A stretch of DNA of 63,163 bases, filler included, from Octopus bimaculoides (GCF_001194135.2; 8 parts of 7 records of this genome joined end to end with filler, not necessarily neighbours in it); one strand, 5' to 3'; positions 1 through 13,229 are shown, counted from the first letter of the whole stretch. Numbers and translations: made by a program. Notes: generated by a model not told the origin, from the sequence alone.

Positions 1-58
<58 letters not shown>
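1..58 (+). repeat. (TAA)n microsatellite
   Basis: Pure TAA array read directly. Confidence 0.95.
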
Positions 59-60
<2 letters not shown>

Positions 61-351
61 CAATACTATTAGTGTTGTGGTTGTTGCTGCTCATATTGCT
101 TCTGCTGTCCTGCTTGTCTATAGGTATCGATGTGCTCAAAAGGAAATCGTTAATCGTTATCTGCAGATGACCCTCAATGCTCCTACATCTTGTGTCAATG
201 CATGAAGGGAGGGCTACGGTTAGGTTTGAACACGACTTTTGTACTTAGTGCATATCTATATGTGTATGTGTGTTTGTGGTGCGTGTGTATGTGTGCGCGG
301 TGGTGCGTGTGTATATATATAAAGAGCAGGCTGTTTCACCANNNNNNNNNN

Positions 352-391
<40 letters not shown>

Positions 392-655
392 TACTATTAG
401 TGGTGTGGTTGTTGCTGCTCATATTGCTTCTGCTGTCCTGCTTGTCTATAGGTATCGATGTGCTCAAAAGGAAATCGTTAATCGTTATCTGCAGATGACC
501 CTCAATGCTCCTACATCTTGTGTCANNNNNNNNNNTAGGTTTGAACACGACTTTTGTACTTAGTGCATATCTATATGTGTATGTGTGTTTGTGGTGCGTG
601 TGTATGTGTGCGCGGTGGTGCGTGTGTATATATATAAAGAGCAGGCTGTTTCACC
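56..655. other. Near-identical tandem duplication (~285 bp) across two 10-N gaps; probable assembly overlap or haplotype artefact
   Basis: 56-341 recurs at ~385-525 plus 536-655. One SNP (agtgttgtgg vs agtggtgtgg). A 23-nt segment is replaced by Ns at 526-535. Confidence 0.8.
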
Positions 656-721
656 AAAAAGGAGAATTTAGCAACAATCATATATATATATCTATATTTA
701 TATTTATATCTTACGTCATGT

Positions 722-1074
722 GTTAACAGAAGTTTGTTTTGGCAGCGTTCAAATGTATTGTAGACCCCAATGTTTGTTTTCTCAGTCCCCGTATCGTCCC
801 CTCTTTTTCTCAACCTTATATGATTAATAAAAATTTGAAATGTATTGCAGAACAAGTAGAAAGATATATATACTTTTTCAATACGTAAATACTGAACAGT
901 ATATATAAAGGATAAAACCCTTTTAAGAGCAGAAAAATTTTCTGGCAACCATCTATGAGGATTGAACTCACACCCCTCCAGTATCCGGTTGGAGTGCTCT
1001 ACCTTTTAAGCTAAACTGCTGACTGGCGAATTCTTCTGCAATTTTAGAAGTTATAAAGTCATCCAGAAATGCTA
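722..1074 (-). mobile_element. Probable interspersed repeat with a tRNA-like module at 948-1020 (Pol III A/B boxes)
   Basis: Minus strand reads TAGCTTAAAAGGTAGAGC (A box/D arm), stem CTCCA/TGGAG, GTGAGTTCAATCCTCAT (B box/T arm). Acceptor stem is mismatched. Outer limits are approximate. Confidence 0.55.
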
Positions 1075-2789
1075 ANNNNNNNNNNNNNNNNNNNNNNNNN
1101 NNNNNNNNNNNNNNNNNNNNNNNNNNNNNNNNNNNNNNNNNNNNNNNNNNNNNNNNNNNNNNNNNNNNNNNNNNNNNNNNNNNNNNNNNNNNNNNNNNNN
1201 NNNNNNNNNNNNNNNNNNNNNNNNNNNNNNNNNNNNNNNNNNNNNNNNNNNNNNNNNNNNNNNNNNNNNNNNNNNNNNNNNNNNNNNNNNNNNNNNNNNN
1301 NNNNNNNNNNNNNNNNNNNNNNNNNNNNNNNNNNNNNNNNNNNNNNNNNNNNNNNNNNNNNNNNNNNNNNNNNNNNNNNNNNNNNNNNNNNNNNNNNNNN
1401 NNNNNNNNNNNNNNNNNNNNNNNNNNNNNNNNNNNNNNNNNNNNNNNNNNNNNNNNNNNNNNNNNNNNNNNNNNNNNNNNNNNNNNNNNNNNNNNNNNNN
1501 NNNNNNNNNNNNNNNNNNNNNNNNNNNNNNNNNNNNNNNNNNNNNNNNNNNNNNNNNNNNNNNNNNNNNNNNNNNNNNNNNNNNNNNNNNNNNNNNNNNN
1601 NNNNNNNNNNNNNNNNNNNNNNNNNNNNNNNNNNNNNNNNNNNNNNNNNNNNNNNNNNNNNNNNNNNNNNACCTACCTACATACCTACCTACACACATTC
1701 ATACATACATACATACATACATACATATAAACATACACGTGTGCACAGACACAGAATAAGACAACACAGGTTGGACAAGATTTCATATGTATATACATAT
1801 GTATGCATGTATGTATGTATGTGTTTGTGTATGTATGCATGCATGCATGTATGTATGTATGTATGTATGTGTATGTATATATGTATGTATGTGTGTATGT
1901 ATGTATGTAAATATGAATGTGTAATTGCGTGTGTGTGTTTGTGTCTGAGTGTGTCTATGAATGAATATGTGTGTGCGTGTGTGCGTGTGTGTGTATGTCT
2001 CTGTGCGTGTGTGTGTATATATATGTATATGGTGTTTGCTTATATAGAGGGGAGGAGTTAATGTGGGATGGGCAGGGGTGGGTGAATAGGTTCCGTCTTG
2101 TTAGCGGTTGGTGTTGGAGGTGTGTCGGGTGGATGTGTTGATTGCGTGAATTAAGCAATAACGGCCATTGAACACAACTGGTATCAGTTTTCGATCGCGT
2201 TCGATTAATTCGATCAAGCGTAAGTTTCAGGACTGATCCATCGTTACCCAGACAGACACGGACAAAAGACAATTCTTAAGAAAATAGCAACGACCATTCT
2301 GTAAAATGTCATCCGGCCATTTTATTGTCTTGGGATGGGTTTTTTTTTTTGTAGTTTGTTGTTGTCATTTTGTCTTTTGTTAAAATTCATTATTGATATG
2401 TTTGTACTTGTTTCTCTTTTTCTTTTTTCTTCTTCACTCAATCTATATTATATTATTTATTACTTTCTTTCCGTCGTTGATAGAATCGATATCATAATAT
2501 GGTTCCAATTGATGAACTTAACTGGTTTTATTCCGATACAAGTGCACATGTGCACCTTATGTTCTTTGTCCCCTTCGTAAAAGAACCACATATACAGACA
2601 CACACATACAAACTTTCGATCCCCACCCGTACACCTACATATGCACACAGACATCTATTCTTACGCGTATGCATACATATACGAACGCTGTGTATTTTCA
2701 CTCTTCACGTAAAAACGATGATACAACCCAATAGGTATCTTGTTTTCAGGGTGTTTCTACTTGGTTTGGTTTCTTTGCATTGCTTTTGT

Positions 2790-3560
2790 TTCGATTTGCT
2801 GTATCCCAAAACGGAATCCATTTTTTACCATCATGTCTGGATTTCAAGATACTTACCCCAGCCCCACAATCATCGGCAGTTTAATTTTCTCCTGGTGCAG
2901 CAAAATGGACACACCAAATATCCATGCTTTTTGTGTAAGTGGGACAGTAGAACAAGGGGGGAAAATGGGTGATCAAAGTATGGCTGCAGTGAACATAAGT
3001 TCGAGTGTCCTTTAATGTGGCTGAAGAGGCTTTAGATCAACCGGGAGAAATCATCTTACATCTTCCACTCCACATCAAACTTGGCGTTATGAAACAGTTT
3101 GTTAAAGGTCAGACTAATGATGGGTCATACTTTCACTATATTTGTAGCACATTTCCTGGTGTGAGCAGTGAAAAGATAAAAATCGCTGGAGTATTTGATG
3201 GATCTCGAATCAGAAAATTGCTGACAGATGAGAACTTTGTAAATTCAATGTATTTCATTGAAGTAGCAGCATTTGTAACAGTTGTAAATGACTTTCTGGG
3301 GCAACAACAAAACAGCAGACAATTCCGAAATAGTCGACAACATGCTGGGGAGCTTTCAAAACTCTGAGTTAAATATGAACATAAAGCTGCACTATTTTCA
3401 CAGACATCTTGATAAATTTCCTGAAAATCTTGGTCACACAACTGACGAGCAGGGAGAACGTCTTCATCGGGACATAAAACCGATAGAACAAAGATATCAA
3501 AGCTGATGGGGCTTGCACATGATGGCAGACGTGAACTTAGCTCGTGATTTTCTTGAGGTT
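2790..3560 (+). pseudogene. Degenerate CMC/Chapaev-3-like (RAG1/Transib-related) DNA transposase remnant
   Basis: Frameshifted motifs TKYPCFLCKWDSR, LPLHIKLGVMKQFVK, KLHYFHRHLDKFPENLG, DEQGERLHRDIK. Family name assigned from motif recall. Confidence 0.75.
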
Positions 3561-3709
3561 CAGAATTCAAGGAAATCTTCCACACGCAAATTCAATACAG
3601 GTTAGGCATAAACAGTGATGTAATTTGTCTGTAGAAATTTTAAGATTTTTACAATATTAAAACAATGGCTAAAAATTTTCTGAAGCAACACCCCTACTAA
3701 TTTTATCTA

Positions 3710-4048
3710 CGAGCTGCCATTGCTGTTGGAGGACCGTATGTGTGGCAGCAGGATTCGGCTCCTTGCCATACCTCCGGACACAGCCAGAGGTAGTTGTTGG
3801 AAACTTTCAATGACTTCATCCGTTTCAATTTCTGGCTTTCAAATTCACCCGATTGTGATTCCATGATTTATTGCATATGCGGCACGGTTGGGAAAGACAC
3901 CGACTGCTCTGCCTGCAACACTAAGACGGTGTTAGTGGCCAGGGTCAAGAAGGTGTTCCACGATCTTCTCAGGGTCACAGTGAGAAACTCATATATCAGG
4001 TTCCAGAGACGTCTTGAGGCCCGTGGTGGAAGGGCGCGGATACCTTGA
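3710..4048 (+). pseudogene. Tc1/mariner DD37D (maT-like) transposase C-terminal remnant
   Basis: GGPYVWQQDSAPCHTS...W(L)SNSPDCDSM(I)Y. There are 37 residues between the QQD aspartate and the expected third D (mutated to I). In-frame stop at 3791-3793. Confidence 0.8.
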
Positions 4049-4250
4049 GTAAACCGTTACCTCTCATCCATAATCTAGTTCAGTTTTTCTTTTCTTTCTT
4101 TTTTTGGTGTGGGGGAGGGGTGAATTTCTAAAATACTTTTATTTTTGGATAGGAGAATGTGTTTTCTTTTCTATTTATGCAAATTGTCAAATTTATGGAA
4201 GTAATATCTTATATCGTTACAGCTGTTTCAATACATCGGCTATTATCATT

Positions 4251-4527
4251 ATCTTCTTCTTCTTCTTCTTCTTCTTCTTCTTCTTCTTCTTCTTCTTCTT
4301 CTTCTTCTTCTTCCTCCTCCTCCTCTTCTTCTCCTCTTCCTTCTCCCCTCCTCCTCATGTTTCTTCATTTTTATAACGATATCCCTATCATATAGTCTTC
4401 AATCTATTAATCTTTATAACTCTATTTCTATCTTTCTGTGTCCCCCTCATATGCCATCACTGTCAATTACTTGTCTTCACTATCTCTGTGTCCCTCTCTC
4501 TACTGCTCTTTGTTTCTGTCGCTGTCT

Positions 4528-4574
<47 letters not shown>

Positions 4575-4735
4575 NNNNNNNNNNNNNNNNNNNNNNNNNN
4601 NNNNNNNNNNNNNNNNNNNNNNNNNNNNNNNNNNNNNNNNNNNNNNNNNNTTTGTCTCTTTCTCTCTTTCTCTCCATCTCTTCATTGTTGGTTTATTTGC
4701 TAAACATACAATTCTTAGTACTGTTGTTATTTTTG

Positions 4736-4781
<46 letters not shown>

Positions 4782-4820
4782 CATTATTATTATTACTGTT
4801 GTTGTTGTTGTTGTTGTTAA
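4251..4820 (+). repeat. Compound microsatellites (TCT)n, (TC)n, (ATT)n, (GTT)n
   Basis: Read directly; gap at 4575-4650. Confidence 0.9.
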
Positions 4821-6399
4821 ATTTGTGGTTGTGGAGATGGCGGTTGTTGTTTCCTCACCCCACCACTCTTCATCATTGTCTCCCTAATTCGCCAGTAACA
4901 CATGCTCCTACAAGAACGGCTTTAAAGATCCTCTTGTCTTCTCTTCCGTAAGTCTGTCTCAAACCGAACACCCTCTCACCCTATACATCTGTCTCTCTGT
5001 GAGTCCGACTTACTTTCTCTCTCTCCCCCTCATTCTCTCTCTCTCCCTTTCTCTCCCTCACTCTCTCATTCTACCTCCTGCTCTATCTCTCTCTTCCAGC
5101 CCGTCTGTCTATCGGTCCGTTTTTCCGTCGGATCGTCCAACCAAAAATGTCACCACTGATAATAATTGAGAATAATTCCTAATTTGATTCGATTCTGGTG
5201 CTATTCATTTATTTATTTATTTATCAATTTGTTATTTGTTTTTTTTGTTTTTTTTGTTTTATTACTCAGTCCCTTGTTTTCTTCTCCCTTGCTCTCTCTC
5301 TCTCCCTCTTCTCCCCCTGTTCTCTCCTCCTTTCATTCTTTCTTTCTTCCTAATTTCTCTCTCTCTTCTCTTTCTCTCTCTCCCTGTCTCTCTCTCTTCT
5401 CCCCATGTANNNNNNNNNNNNNNNNNNNNNNNNNNNNNNNNNNNNNNNNNNNNNNNNNNNNNNNNNNNNNNNNNNNNNNNNNNNNNNNNNNNNNNNNNNN
5501 NNNNNNNNNNNNNNNNNNNNNNNNNNNNNNNNNNNNNNNNNNNNNNNNNNNNNNNNNNNNNNNNNNNNNNNNNNNNNNNNNNNNNNNNNNNNNNNNNNNN
5601 NNNNNNNNNNNNNNNNNNNNNNNNNNNNNNNNNNNNNNNNNNNNNNNNNNNNNNNNNNNNNNNNNNNNNNNNNNNNNNNNNNNNNNNNNNNNNNNNNNNN
5701 NNNNNNNNNNNNNNNNNNNNNNNNNNNNNNNNNNNNNNNNNNNNNNNNNNNNNNNNNNNNNNNNNNNNNNNNNNNNNNNNNNNNNNNNNNNNNNNNNNNN
5801 NNNNNNNNNNNNNNNNNNNNNNNNNNNNNNNNNNNNNNNNNNNNNNNNNNNNNNNNNNNNNNNNNNNNNNNNNNNNNNNNNNNNNNNNNNNNNNNNNNNN
5901 NNNNNNNNNNNNNNNNNNNNNNNNNNNNNNNNNNNNNNNNNNNNNNNNNNNNNNNNNNNNNNNNNNNNNNNNNNNNNNNNNNNNNNNNNNNNNNNNNNNN
6001 NNNNNNNNNNNNNNNNNNNNNNNNNNNNNNNNNNNNNNNNNNNNNNNNNNNNNNNNNNNNNNNNNNNNNNNNNNNNNNNNNNNNNNNNNNNNNNNNNNNN
6101 NNNNNNNNNNNNNNNNNNNNNNNNNNNNNNNTATGTATAGCTATATATATATGTATGTATGAAAGCATGTGTGTATGCATGTATGTATACACACACAATC
6201 ACACACATAATAGCATATTTTAATGCATTTTTTTTTTCTTAATCTTTTCACTTCTCCGTTTCTTCGTGTTTGTTCATGTTTGTTTCTGCGTTTGCTTGTT
6301 TGTTTGTTTGTGATGGTGTTTGTTTTGTGTTAGTTTAAGAGATAAAGAGATAAAGAGGCAGAGTTAACATAGAGGCAAGGAGAGACAGAGACAGACAAA

Positions 6400-6413
6400 T
6401 ACAGAGAGAGAGA

Positions 6414-6452
<39 letters not shown>

Positions 6453-6719
6453 AGAGAGGCAAAGTGGTGGAAGAGAAAGAGTTGGGAAACATAGTGGTGA
6501 CAAAGAAAGACGGAGGTGGGGAGTAGATAGGTAACAGAAGGAGAGAGAGAAGCAGTAAGAATACAGAGAGATGTATGGAAAGATACGTTGAAACAGCTAG
6601 AGAGAGGGAGAGAGAAAGAGAGAGAGATTGATAGATAGAGAGAGAGAGAGAGAGAGAGGGTGGAGGGGCGAAGTGAAAGGAAGTGACATAGTAATGTTTA
6701 TAATTAGATACAGAGATAA

Positions 6720-6784
<65 letters not shown>

Positions 6785-6872
6785 GAGAGAGAGAGAAACA
6801 GAGAGAGACAGATAGACAGACAAACTGATAGATAGATAGGTAGATAGATATATAGGTAGATAGATAGATAGG

Positions 6873-6922
<50 letters not shown>

Positions 6923-7140
6923 CACAAACAGACAGACATGCATACACACATATATACGTGTATATATNNNNNNNNNNGACAGACAGAGAGACAGACAGAC
7001 AGACAGAAATACAGACAGACAATCAGACAGTTAGATAGACACGCATACACACATATATACGTATATATATACATACATACACACATACATACACGTCAAG
7101 AGGGAAAGAGAGACATAGACAAATAGATAGATAGATAGAT
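6400..7140 (+). repeat. Compound (GA)n/(TA)n/(TAGA)n/(CAGA)n microsatellite tract
   Basis: Read directly. Confidence 0.9.
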
Positions 7141-7721
7141 GGATGGGTGGATCGCGTGGCTGGTTATATTCGTTTGTTCCCATGGGTGAATCTTCTACAG
7201 CGTGATTGTTATCAGAGACACCTGAACAGCTTAGGCGGTGTCGGTGTCGCCACCTACAAGCTAGAACTGATCATTGAGATGTCAGTGTCCATGAGGTACA
7301 CGTCGTTGATCTGAAGACACTTCATACTAATAATGGCCGACACTTACATGCTAAATTCATGATTATCGCCATTGAACAACCTAACAAATATCAATAAATA
7401 AATGAATGCCCTCCCTTCCTCCTTTCGACTGGAAGCGTCCTCACCTCTCGTGTCGCGGTTCTACTTCCTTTTTTCCTTCTTCTCGTTTGCTAGTCAGCTA
7501 ACTGGCTGACTGGCTGGCTAATTGCTTTCAAATTATAAGGAAGCGGTCGCGCGATCTAATTTGTGCATGGCAATCGAATCGGAATCATAACACAAAGGCG
7601 AGGGAAGCAGACACTGAGCTTTGGGCTGGGATTATTTCGTTCCCGCAAAAAAAGGCGAAGCGTGTTAGTAATAAATACGTTTATATGTAAAGTGCATCTC
7701 ATTATGGTAATACATTCAGGT

Positions 7722-8325
7722 GGTGGTGAGCTGGCAGAAACGTTAGCACGCCGGGCGAAATGCTTAGCGTTATTTCGTATGTCTTTACGTTCCGAGTTCA
7801 AATTCGTCCATGTTGACTTTGCCTTTCATCCTTTCGGGGTCGATAAATTAAGTACCAGTTGCATACTGGGGTCGATCTAATCGACTGACCCCCTCCCCAC
7901 AAAATTTCGGGCCTTGTTCCTAGAGTAGAAAAGAATATTTTAAGGCGGCGAGCTGGCAGAAACGTTAGCACACCGGGCNNNNNNNNNNNNNNNNNNNNNN
8001 NNNNNNNNNNNNNNNNNNNNNNNNNNNNNNNNNNNNNNNNNNNNNNNNNNNNGGTGGTGAGCTGGCAGAAACGTTAGCACGCCGGGCGAAATGCTTAGCG
8101 TTATTTCGTATGTCTTTACGTTCCGAGTTCAAATTCGTCCATGTTGACTTTGCCTTTCATCCTTTCGGGGTCGATAAATTAAGTACCAGTTACGCACTGG
8201 GGTCGATGTAATCGACTTAATCCCTCTGTCTGTCCTTGTTTGTCCTTTCTATGTTTAGCCCCTTGTGGGCAATAAAGAAATAAGAAACGTTAGCACGTCG
8301 GGCGAAATGCTTAGCGGTGTTTCGC
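7722..8325 (+). mobile_element. Head-to-tail cluster of tRNA-derived SINE family A (7722-7938, 7942-7978, 8053-8284, partial 8285-8325)
   Basis: Head GGCGGCGAGCTGGCAGAAACGTTAGC, B box GAGTTCAAATTC, central domain GCCTTTCATCCTTTCGGGGTCGATAAATTAAGTACCAGTT. Many other copies occur in the window. Confidence 0.9.
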
Positions 8326-8339
8326 CGGTTGATTTCCTT

Positions 8340-8610
8340 ATTTTTGTGTCCTTTTTCCTATGCCCGGACCGGCCGTGTAGGCACCGCTCCTTGCATACTC
8401 ATCTTTCTTACAATTTCCTTCCATCTTTTCGCGAACATTCTTTGCGTCAGGCTCCTCCTCTCCAGAGGGATCTTGAAAACAAGATGGGCAGTGAAATAGT
8501 TCACCAGCCCTCGTCTGGAGATGAACTGTCCTGTCACAATTCCTTCCAAACGCGTCTTACGAGTATCATGGAAAGACCAATTTGTATTACTGTTTCTAAT
8601 ATCTAAGCCT
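8340..8610 (-). pseudogene. Tx1/L1-clade LINE ORF2 C-terminal end, 5'-truncated
   Basis: TRLEGIVTGQFISRRGLVNYFTAHLVFKIPLERRSLTQRMFAKRWKEIVRKM resembles the C-terminus of Tx1-type ORF2 (from recall). Confidence 0.55.
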
Positions 8611-8922
8611 TTCACTTATTAAACTCACTTCCTCCACCACCACCTCTCTCTCTTTTTTCTTTCTTTCTTTCTCTCTCCGGCTCATGGATCTTTCTATGCG
8701 CCTTTTCTATTTTTATTTTGAAATTTGTAGTTTATTTGGTTTTTTCTCATATATTTTTGTCTTCATAATTTCTCAGAAAGAGGGGTTTAATATCTTCATT
8801 AATTCGGTAAGGCAGAAATATATTTCTCTTTATCCAATGTGTATTTCGTTAAAAATTTCCACCATTTGCAAGACTTACTGCAGAACCAATCAAATATCAC
8901 TCCTTTTTTCTCTAAGACACAA

Positions 8923-9070
8923 AGCCCGAAACTTTTTGGGAGGGGGCCAGTCGATTAGATCGACTCCAGTACAAAACTGGTACTTAATTTATCGACCCCG
9001 AAAAGATAAAGGCAAACTCTACCTGGGCGGAATTTGAACTCAGAACGTAGGGACAGCCGAAATACCGCTA
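8923..9070 (-). mobile_element. SINE family A copy, 5'-truncated
   Basis: Reverse complement of the central domain and B box (actggtacttaatttatcgaccccg...atttgaactcagaacg). Confidence 0.85.
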
Positions 9071-9379
9071 CCAATCAAATATTGAAATTTCTATAGAACC
9101 TCCATGTATTAAACGTAATTTTATTTTATTGTTTTACCATTTTAACCGATAGAGAGCAGAAGAATCGTATCCTGTCCTCGCTACTGCGATGTCTCTGTAG
9201 TTCTGTGGAACTGTAGGCATGATTCTTAAGCCATAAGTGTTCCAGGAATTCTCTGTCCTGTTTTACTATTGGACACATCAGGCCGGTTCCCTGATTTGCA
9301 TGGCATATGACTCGAAATTATAACATTACCCCTCTGAATGCCTCCGATTAAGAACAGTTTAAGAACAGTAATTTTTGAG

Positions 9380-9557
9380 GAGAGGGGACATGTCGATTGC
9401 ATCAACTCCAAGGCATGGCTGATACTATAATTTATCGATCCAGAAAGGATGAAAGGTAAAATTGATCATAGCGGGATTTGAACTCAGAACGTAAAGAGCC
9501 GGAAGAAATGCCGCTAAGCCTTTTTGCCCAACGTGCTAATTATTCTACTACTTCGCC
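9380..9557 (-). mobile_element. SINE family A copy (diverged)
   Basis: aatttatcgatccagaaaggatgaaagg...atttgaactcagaacgtaaag...gtgctaattattctac. Confidence 0.8.
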
Positions 9558-10746
9558 CCATAAATGTTCCAGTTTATTTAGCAATGTTTCGTTAGTTAAG
9601 AGCAGCAGCTCACCTTTCCAAGCAAAAGCAGCAGCATCGCGTCTGATTGAATCGTTTGTTTGTAAAGATGTGTTTAACGCCGTCCGTTGAAGAAGAAAAC
9701 CTACATGAAAGAAACTGGCGTCCTATCAAGAAAAAGAGTTGTGTCATACCCAACAAATATAGTGCTACAATAAACAAATAAATAAATAAAATAAATAAAT
9801 AAATATACTGGAGATGGCTACTAGGTCATACAGGTCTAGAAAGGACGAGCGTATTTAACCGGTTCATTTTTTGTTCTAGTTTTCTTATACATGCTATCGT
9901 TTAGTTATCTCTAGAAACATCCAACTGTCACTAGACTTCTTGTTTATGCAAATATCTATCATTTCTGCGTTCTCCTTTTCTCTGCGTACACACACAGACA
10001 CACAAATATATAGATACGTATGTATGTATATATGTATGTATGTATAATTTCTAACAGTCTTCATCTGTCAGCCTTTGTTATTGTTTAGACGAAGAGTATC
10101 TTTCTGGGGTTTTTCTCCCCTTTTTTCTTTCGTCATTTCTTTTCTCTTCTGTATCTATTCTCGATCATTCCCTCAGGCATATTCTGGAAGTTCATGTATT
10201 GTGAAACAGATTTTCATTCTTATCACTGACCGACGTCTTCTCACTCACATGCTTACTAATTCATTCGTTCCATTGTTCTACGCGCTGTTCTTTTTATAAA
10301 ACCCCAGGCAAAAGTTATGGAATCACTATTCAAAAGATTCTCACCCAGATGGTTTTTCTTTTTTTCTTTTTTCGATATCATATCAGCAAATCGTAGCTAT
10401 TTCACAAAGCAATTTTTGTTTAAAATTAGAACATTCTAGCTACATGAAATTAATTTCAAACAAATTAAACTAAATTGTTTCAAATCATGACAGATTATTT
10501 CCAGATCAGGTCGAAGAAATATGATCATGGAATTACTTAATGTTGAGAAAAATATGGAATTATTGAATTATGATGCGTTCTTAATTCCTCATTGAGCAGA
10601 CTGAAGAACCTATTCGAACATTCTTGAAAAATGGCTGACAAGATGGTTGTGCAGGTTTGAACCTCGTCACTGACCGTTCCGAATTTTCTGGGGTTTTTTT
10701 TGTTTTTTTTTTAATTTCCGCTTTAGATTTACAAACAGATTAATAT

Positions 10747-10962
10747 TGGTTTCGAATTTTGGCAGAAGGCCAAAAATTCGTGGAAGTGGGTGAGTTGAAG
10801 ACATCGATCTCAATGTCCTCAACTAGCACTTATTTTATCAACCCCGAAAGAATGACAGGCAAAGTCGACCTTGGTGGCATCTGAACCCAGAACGTAAAGA
10901 TGAATGCGATGCAGCTTAGCATTTTACCCGGCGGTGCTAACGATTCTACCACCTCGCCGCCT
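10747..10962 (-). mobile_element. SINE family A copy
   Basis: Full head-to-tail homology. ATTAATATT occurs on both flanks (possible TSD core). Confidence 0.85.
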
Positions 10963-11720
10963 CACAATTCCCATTAATATTCGGACTGCTTGTTGGCCAT
11001 GCCACTGAGTTGATACAACTTCCTTCAAGAAAAGTTCCATTATTCTTAAGCATTATAAAGACTCATGAAACTAAGATTGGTGTAAAGCTTCTTCAGAAAA
11101 CTCATATCGACTCAATGACAGGATGTTTCATCATCTGTAACAATTATTTTCGATCAATTGAATAGGGAAAAGTACACCAAATTATTTCCGACGAACATCA
11201 GTGCATTGAACAGTTTGGGTAATGATGACCATCTAGCATCCCCTTTACTCGATATGCAGTAGCAGAAAAATGATTATTGTTTTCTTCAAACAATCACCTT
11301 CATTGAAACTGTAATAGAAAAACAATCCAAACATTATATTCGTTACCAATACAGAATCATGATTCATCACCGAATACTATTTTCATATGACCATCAAAAT
11401 TCCACGCTTGCTTCTCTTTAACCCCCTGCAAGCAGTTTAGGTGTTAATACTGGGTTTCATATGGTTTTCCTATTCGTAAATATCCCATATGCCGCAATCA
11501 ATTTCTTGTAGTTTGTTGCAAACATTGATTCTAATTTTCGGCTGTTTGTTTCTCATTTTTCTTTTGCTTCTTTTGTCTTCTATTTTCTATTCCCAAAGCA
11601 CCTCGGATTTGACATATACCGTAGTCTACCTCTATGTTTTCTTTTTAGAACCAATTCTATTTTATTTATACTTGCACCAAATTTTAGACGCAACGTTTAC
11701 CACATTCTATATTCTATGGG

Positions 11721-11966
11721 CTTTTCCGTTGTTTTAAGATCCTTTCCATGCTTTAAGATTCTTTCTATTGTTTTAAGACCCTTTCCATTATTTTCAAATT
11801 ATTTCCATTGTTTAAAAATTCTTTCCAAAGTTTTATAATCTTTTTCATTGTTTTACGATCATTTTCATTGCCTTAAGATTCTTTCCAATGTAAGCGTTTT
11901 TCCATTCTAAGATTCTTTTCAATGTTTTACAATCTCTTCCATTCTTTTTAAGATTCTTCGCATTAT
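11721..11966 (+). repeat. Degenerate minisatellite, ~20-bp unit TAAGATTCTTTCCATTGTTT, ~12 units
   Basis: Units such as taagatcctttccatgctt, taagattctttctattgttt, taagaccctttccattattt. Confidence 0.8.
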
Positions 11967-12847
11967 TCACATCTGCAATCATTCATTTTTGACTTCATAC
12001 TAATTTACATTTACTTTATCAGGACAAATTATAAAATGATTCTATAATTTTCCCCTGTTCGATTTTGAGAGAAAGGCAAAAGCCATTGATTAAAATAATT
12101 TAATTTAATTGGTTCAATCCTGGTTTTATAAAACCAAGATTTCCACAAATTTCCATGAGTGTAAATAATAATTCAACCTCTTTCTGCCAAACAAATCGAA
12201 TCGAAGTTATCTAGAAATTCCCATCATGCTTCAAATTGTTACATAATTTCATTTTCTCTCTTCCACACTCTTTTTTGCAAACTGTCATTTTTATGCCTCC
12301 CTCCATACTCTACTTTACACTCTCCCCTTCCCACTCCGAGATCTCTCTCTGTCTATATAACNNNNNNNNNNNNNNNNNNNNNNNNNNNNNNNNNNNNNNN
12401 NNNNNNNNNNNNNNNNNNNNNNNNNNNNNNNNNNNNNNNNNNNNNNNNNNNNNNNNNNNNNNNNNNNNNNNNNNNNNNNNNNNNNNNNNNNNNNNNNNNN
12501 NNNNNNNNNNNNNNNNNNNNNNNNNNNNNNNNNNNNNNNNNNNNNNNNNNNNNNNNNNNNNNNNNNNNNNNNNNNNNNNNNNNNNNNNNNNNNNNNNNNN
12601 NNNNNNNNNNNNNNNNNNNNNNNNNNNNNNNNNNNNNNNNNNNNNNNNNNNNNNNNNNNNNNNNNNNNNNNNNNNNNNNNNNNNNNNNNNNNNNNNNNNN
12701 NNNNNNNNNNNNNNNNNNNNNNNNNNNNNNNNNNNNNNNNNNNNNNNNNNNNNNNNNNNNNNNNNNNNNNNNNNNNNNNNNNNNNNNNNNNNNNNNNNNN
12801 NNNNNNNNNNNNNNNNNNNNNNNNNNNNNNNNNNNNNNNNNNNNNNN

Positions 12848-12882
<35 letters not shown>

Positions 12883-13229
12883 CACATGATATATATGCTT
12901 ATATGCACGCTACAATCAAAATCACTGTCCCAAGAACCCACTACCGCCACTACCACCACAATCACCACCTACTTCATCGTGTGAAGCACTACCAATACAA
13001 CAAGAATTAACAACCGTAACAAGAAGTTCCTCTCTTCTCACCTCTGCCATCGCGCAATCGAACTGTTTACGCCAACTTGGCTCAATTAAACACCCCTTAA
13101 AACAACACTCATCTCAATCACCACAGATGGTCTTTCGAGTCAGGCTAATTAACACCTCAAAACTGTCATGGCGACCGAACTACCGAGACGCACTGCCTCG
13201 TACAGATACATTTAAATATACACACATAT

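Noticed and set aside
56-655. Biological tandem duplication
   Set aside because: Copies are separated exactly by 10-N gaps and differ by one SNP, typical of unresolved overlaps or haplotypes.
948-1020. Functional tRNA gene
   Set aside because: Acceptor stem has multiple mismatches and the anticodon loop is 9 nt.
7141-7314. 58-codon plus-strand open frame (GWVDRVAG...YTSLI*)
   Set aside because: No recognisable homology, weak splice signals, and a length expected by chance.
11721-11966. CRISPR-like array
   Set aside because: Repeats are contiguous and degenerate, with no unique spacers and no cas genes; context is eukaryotic.
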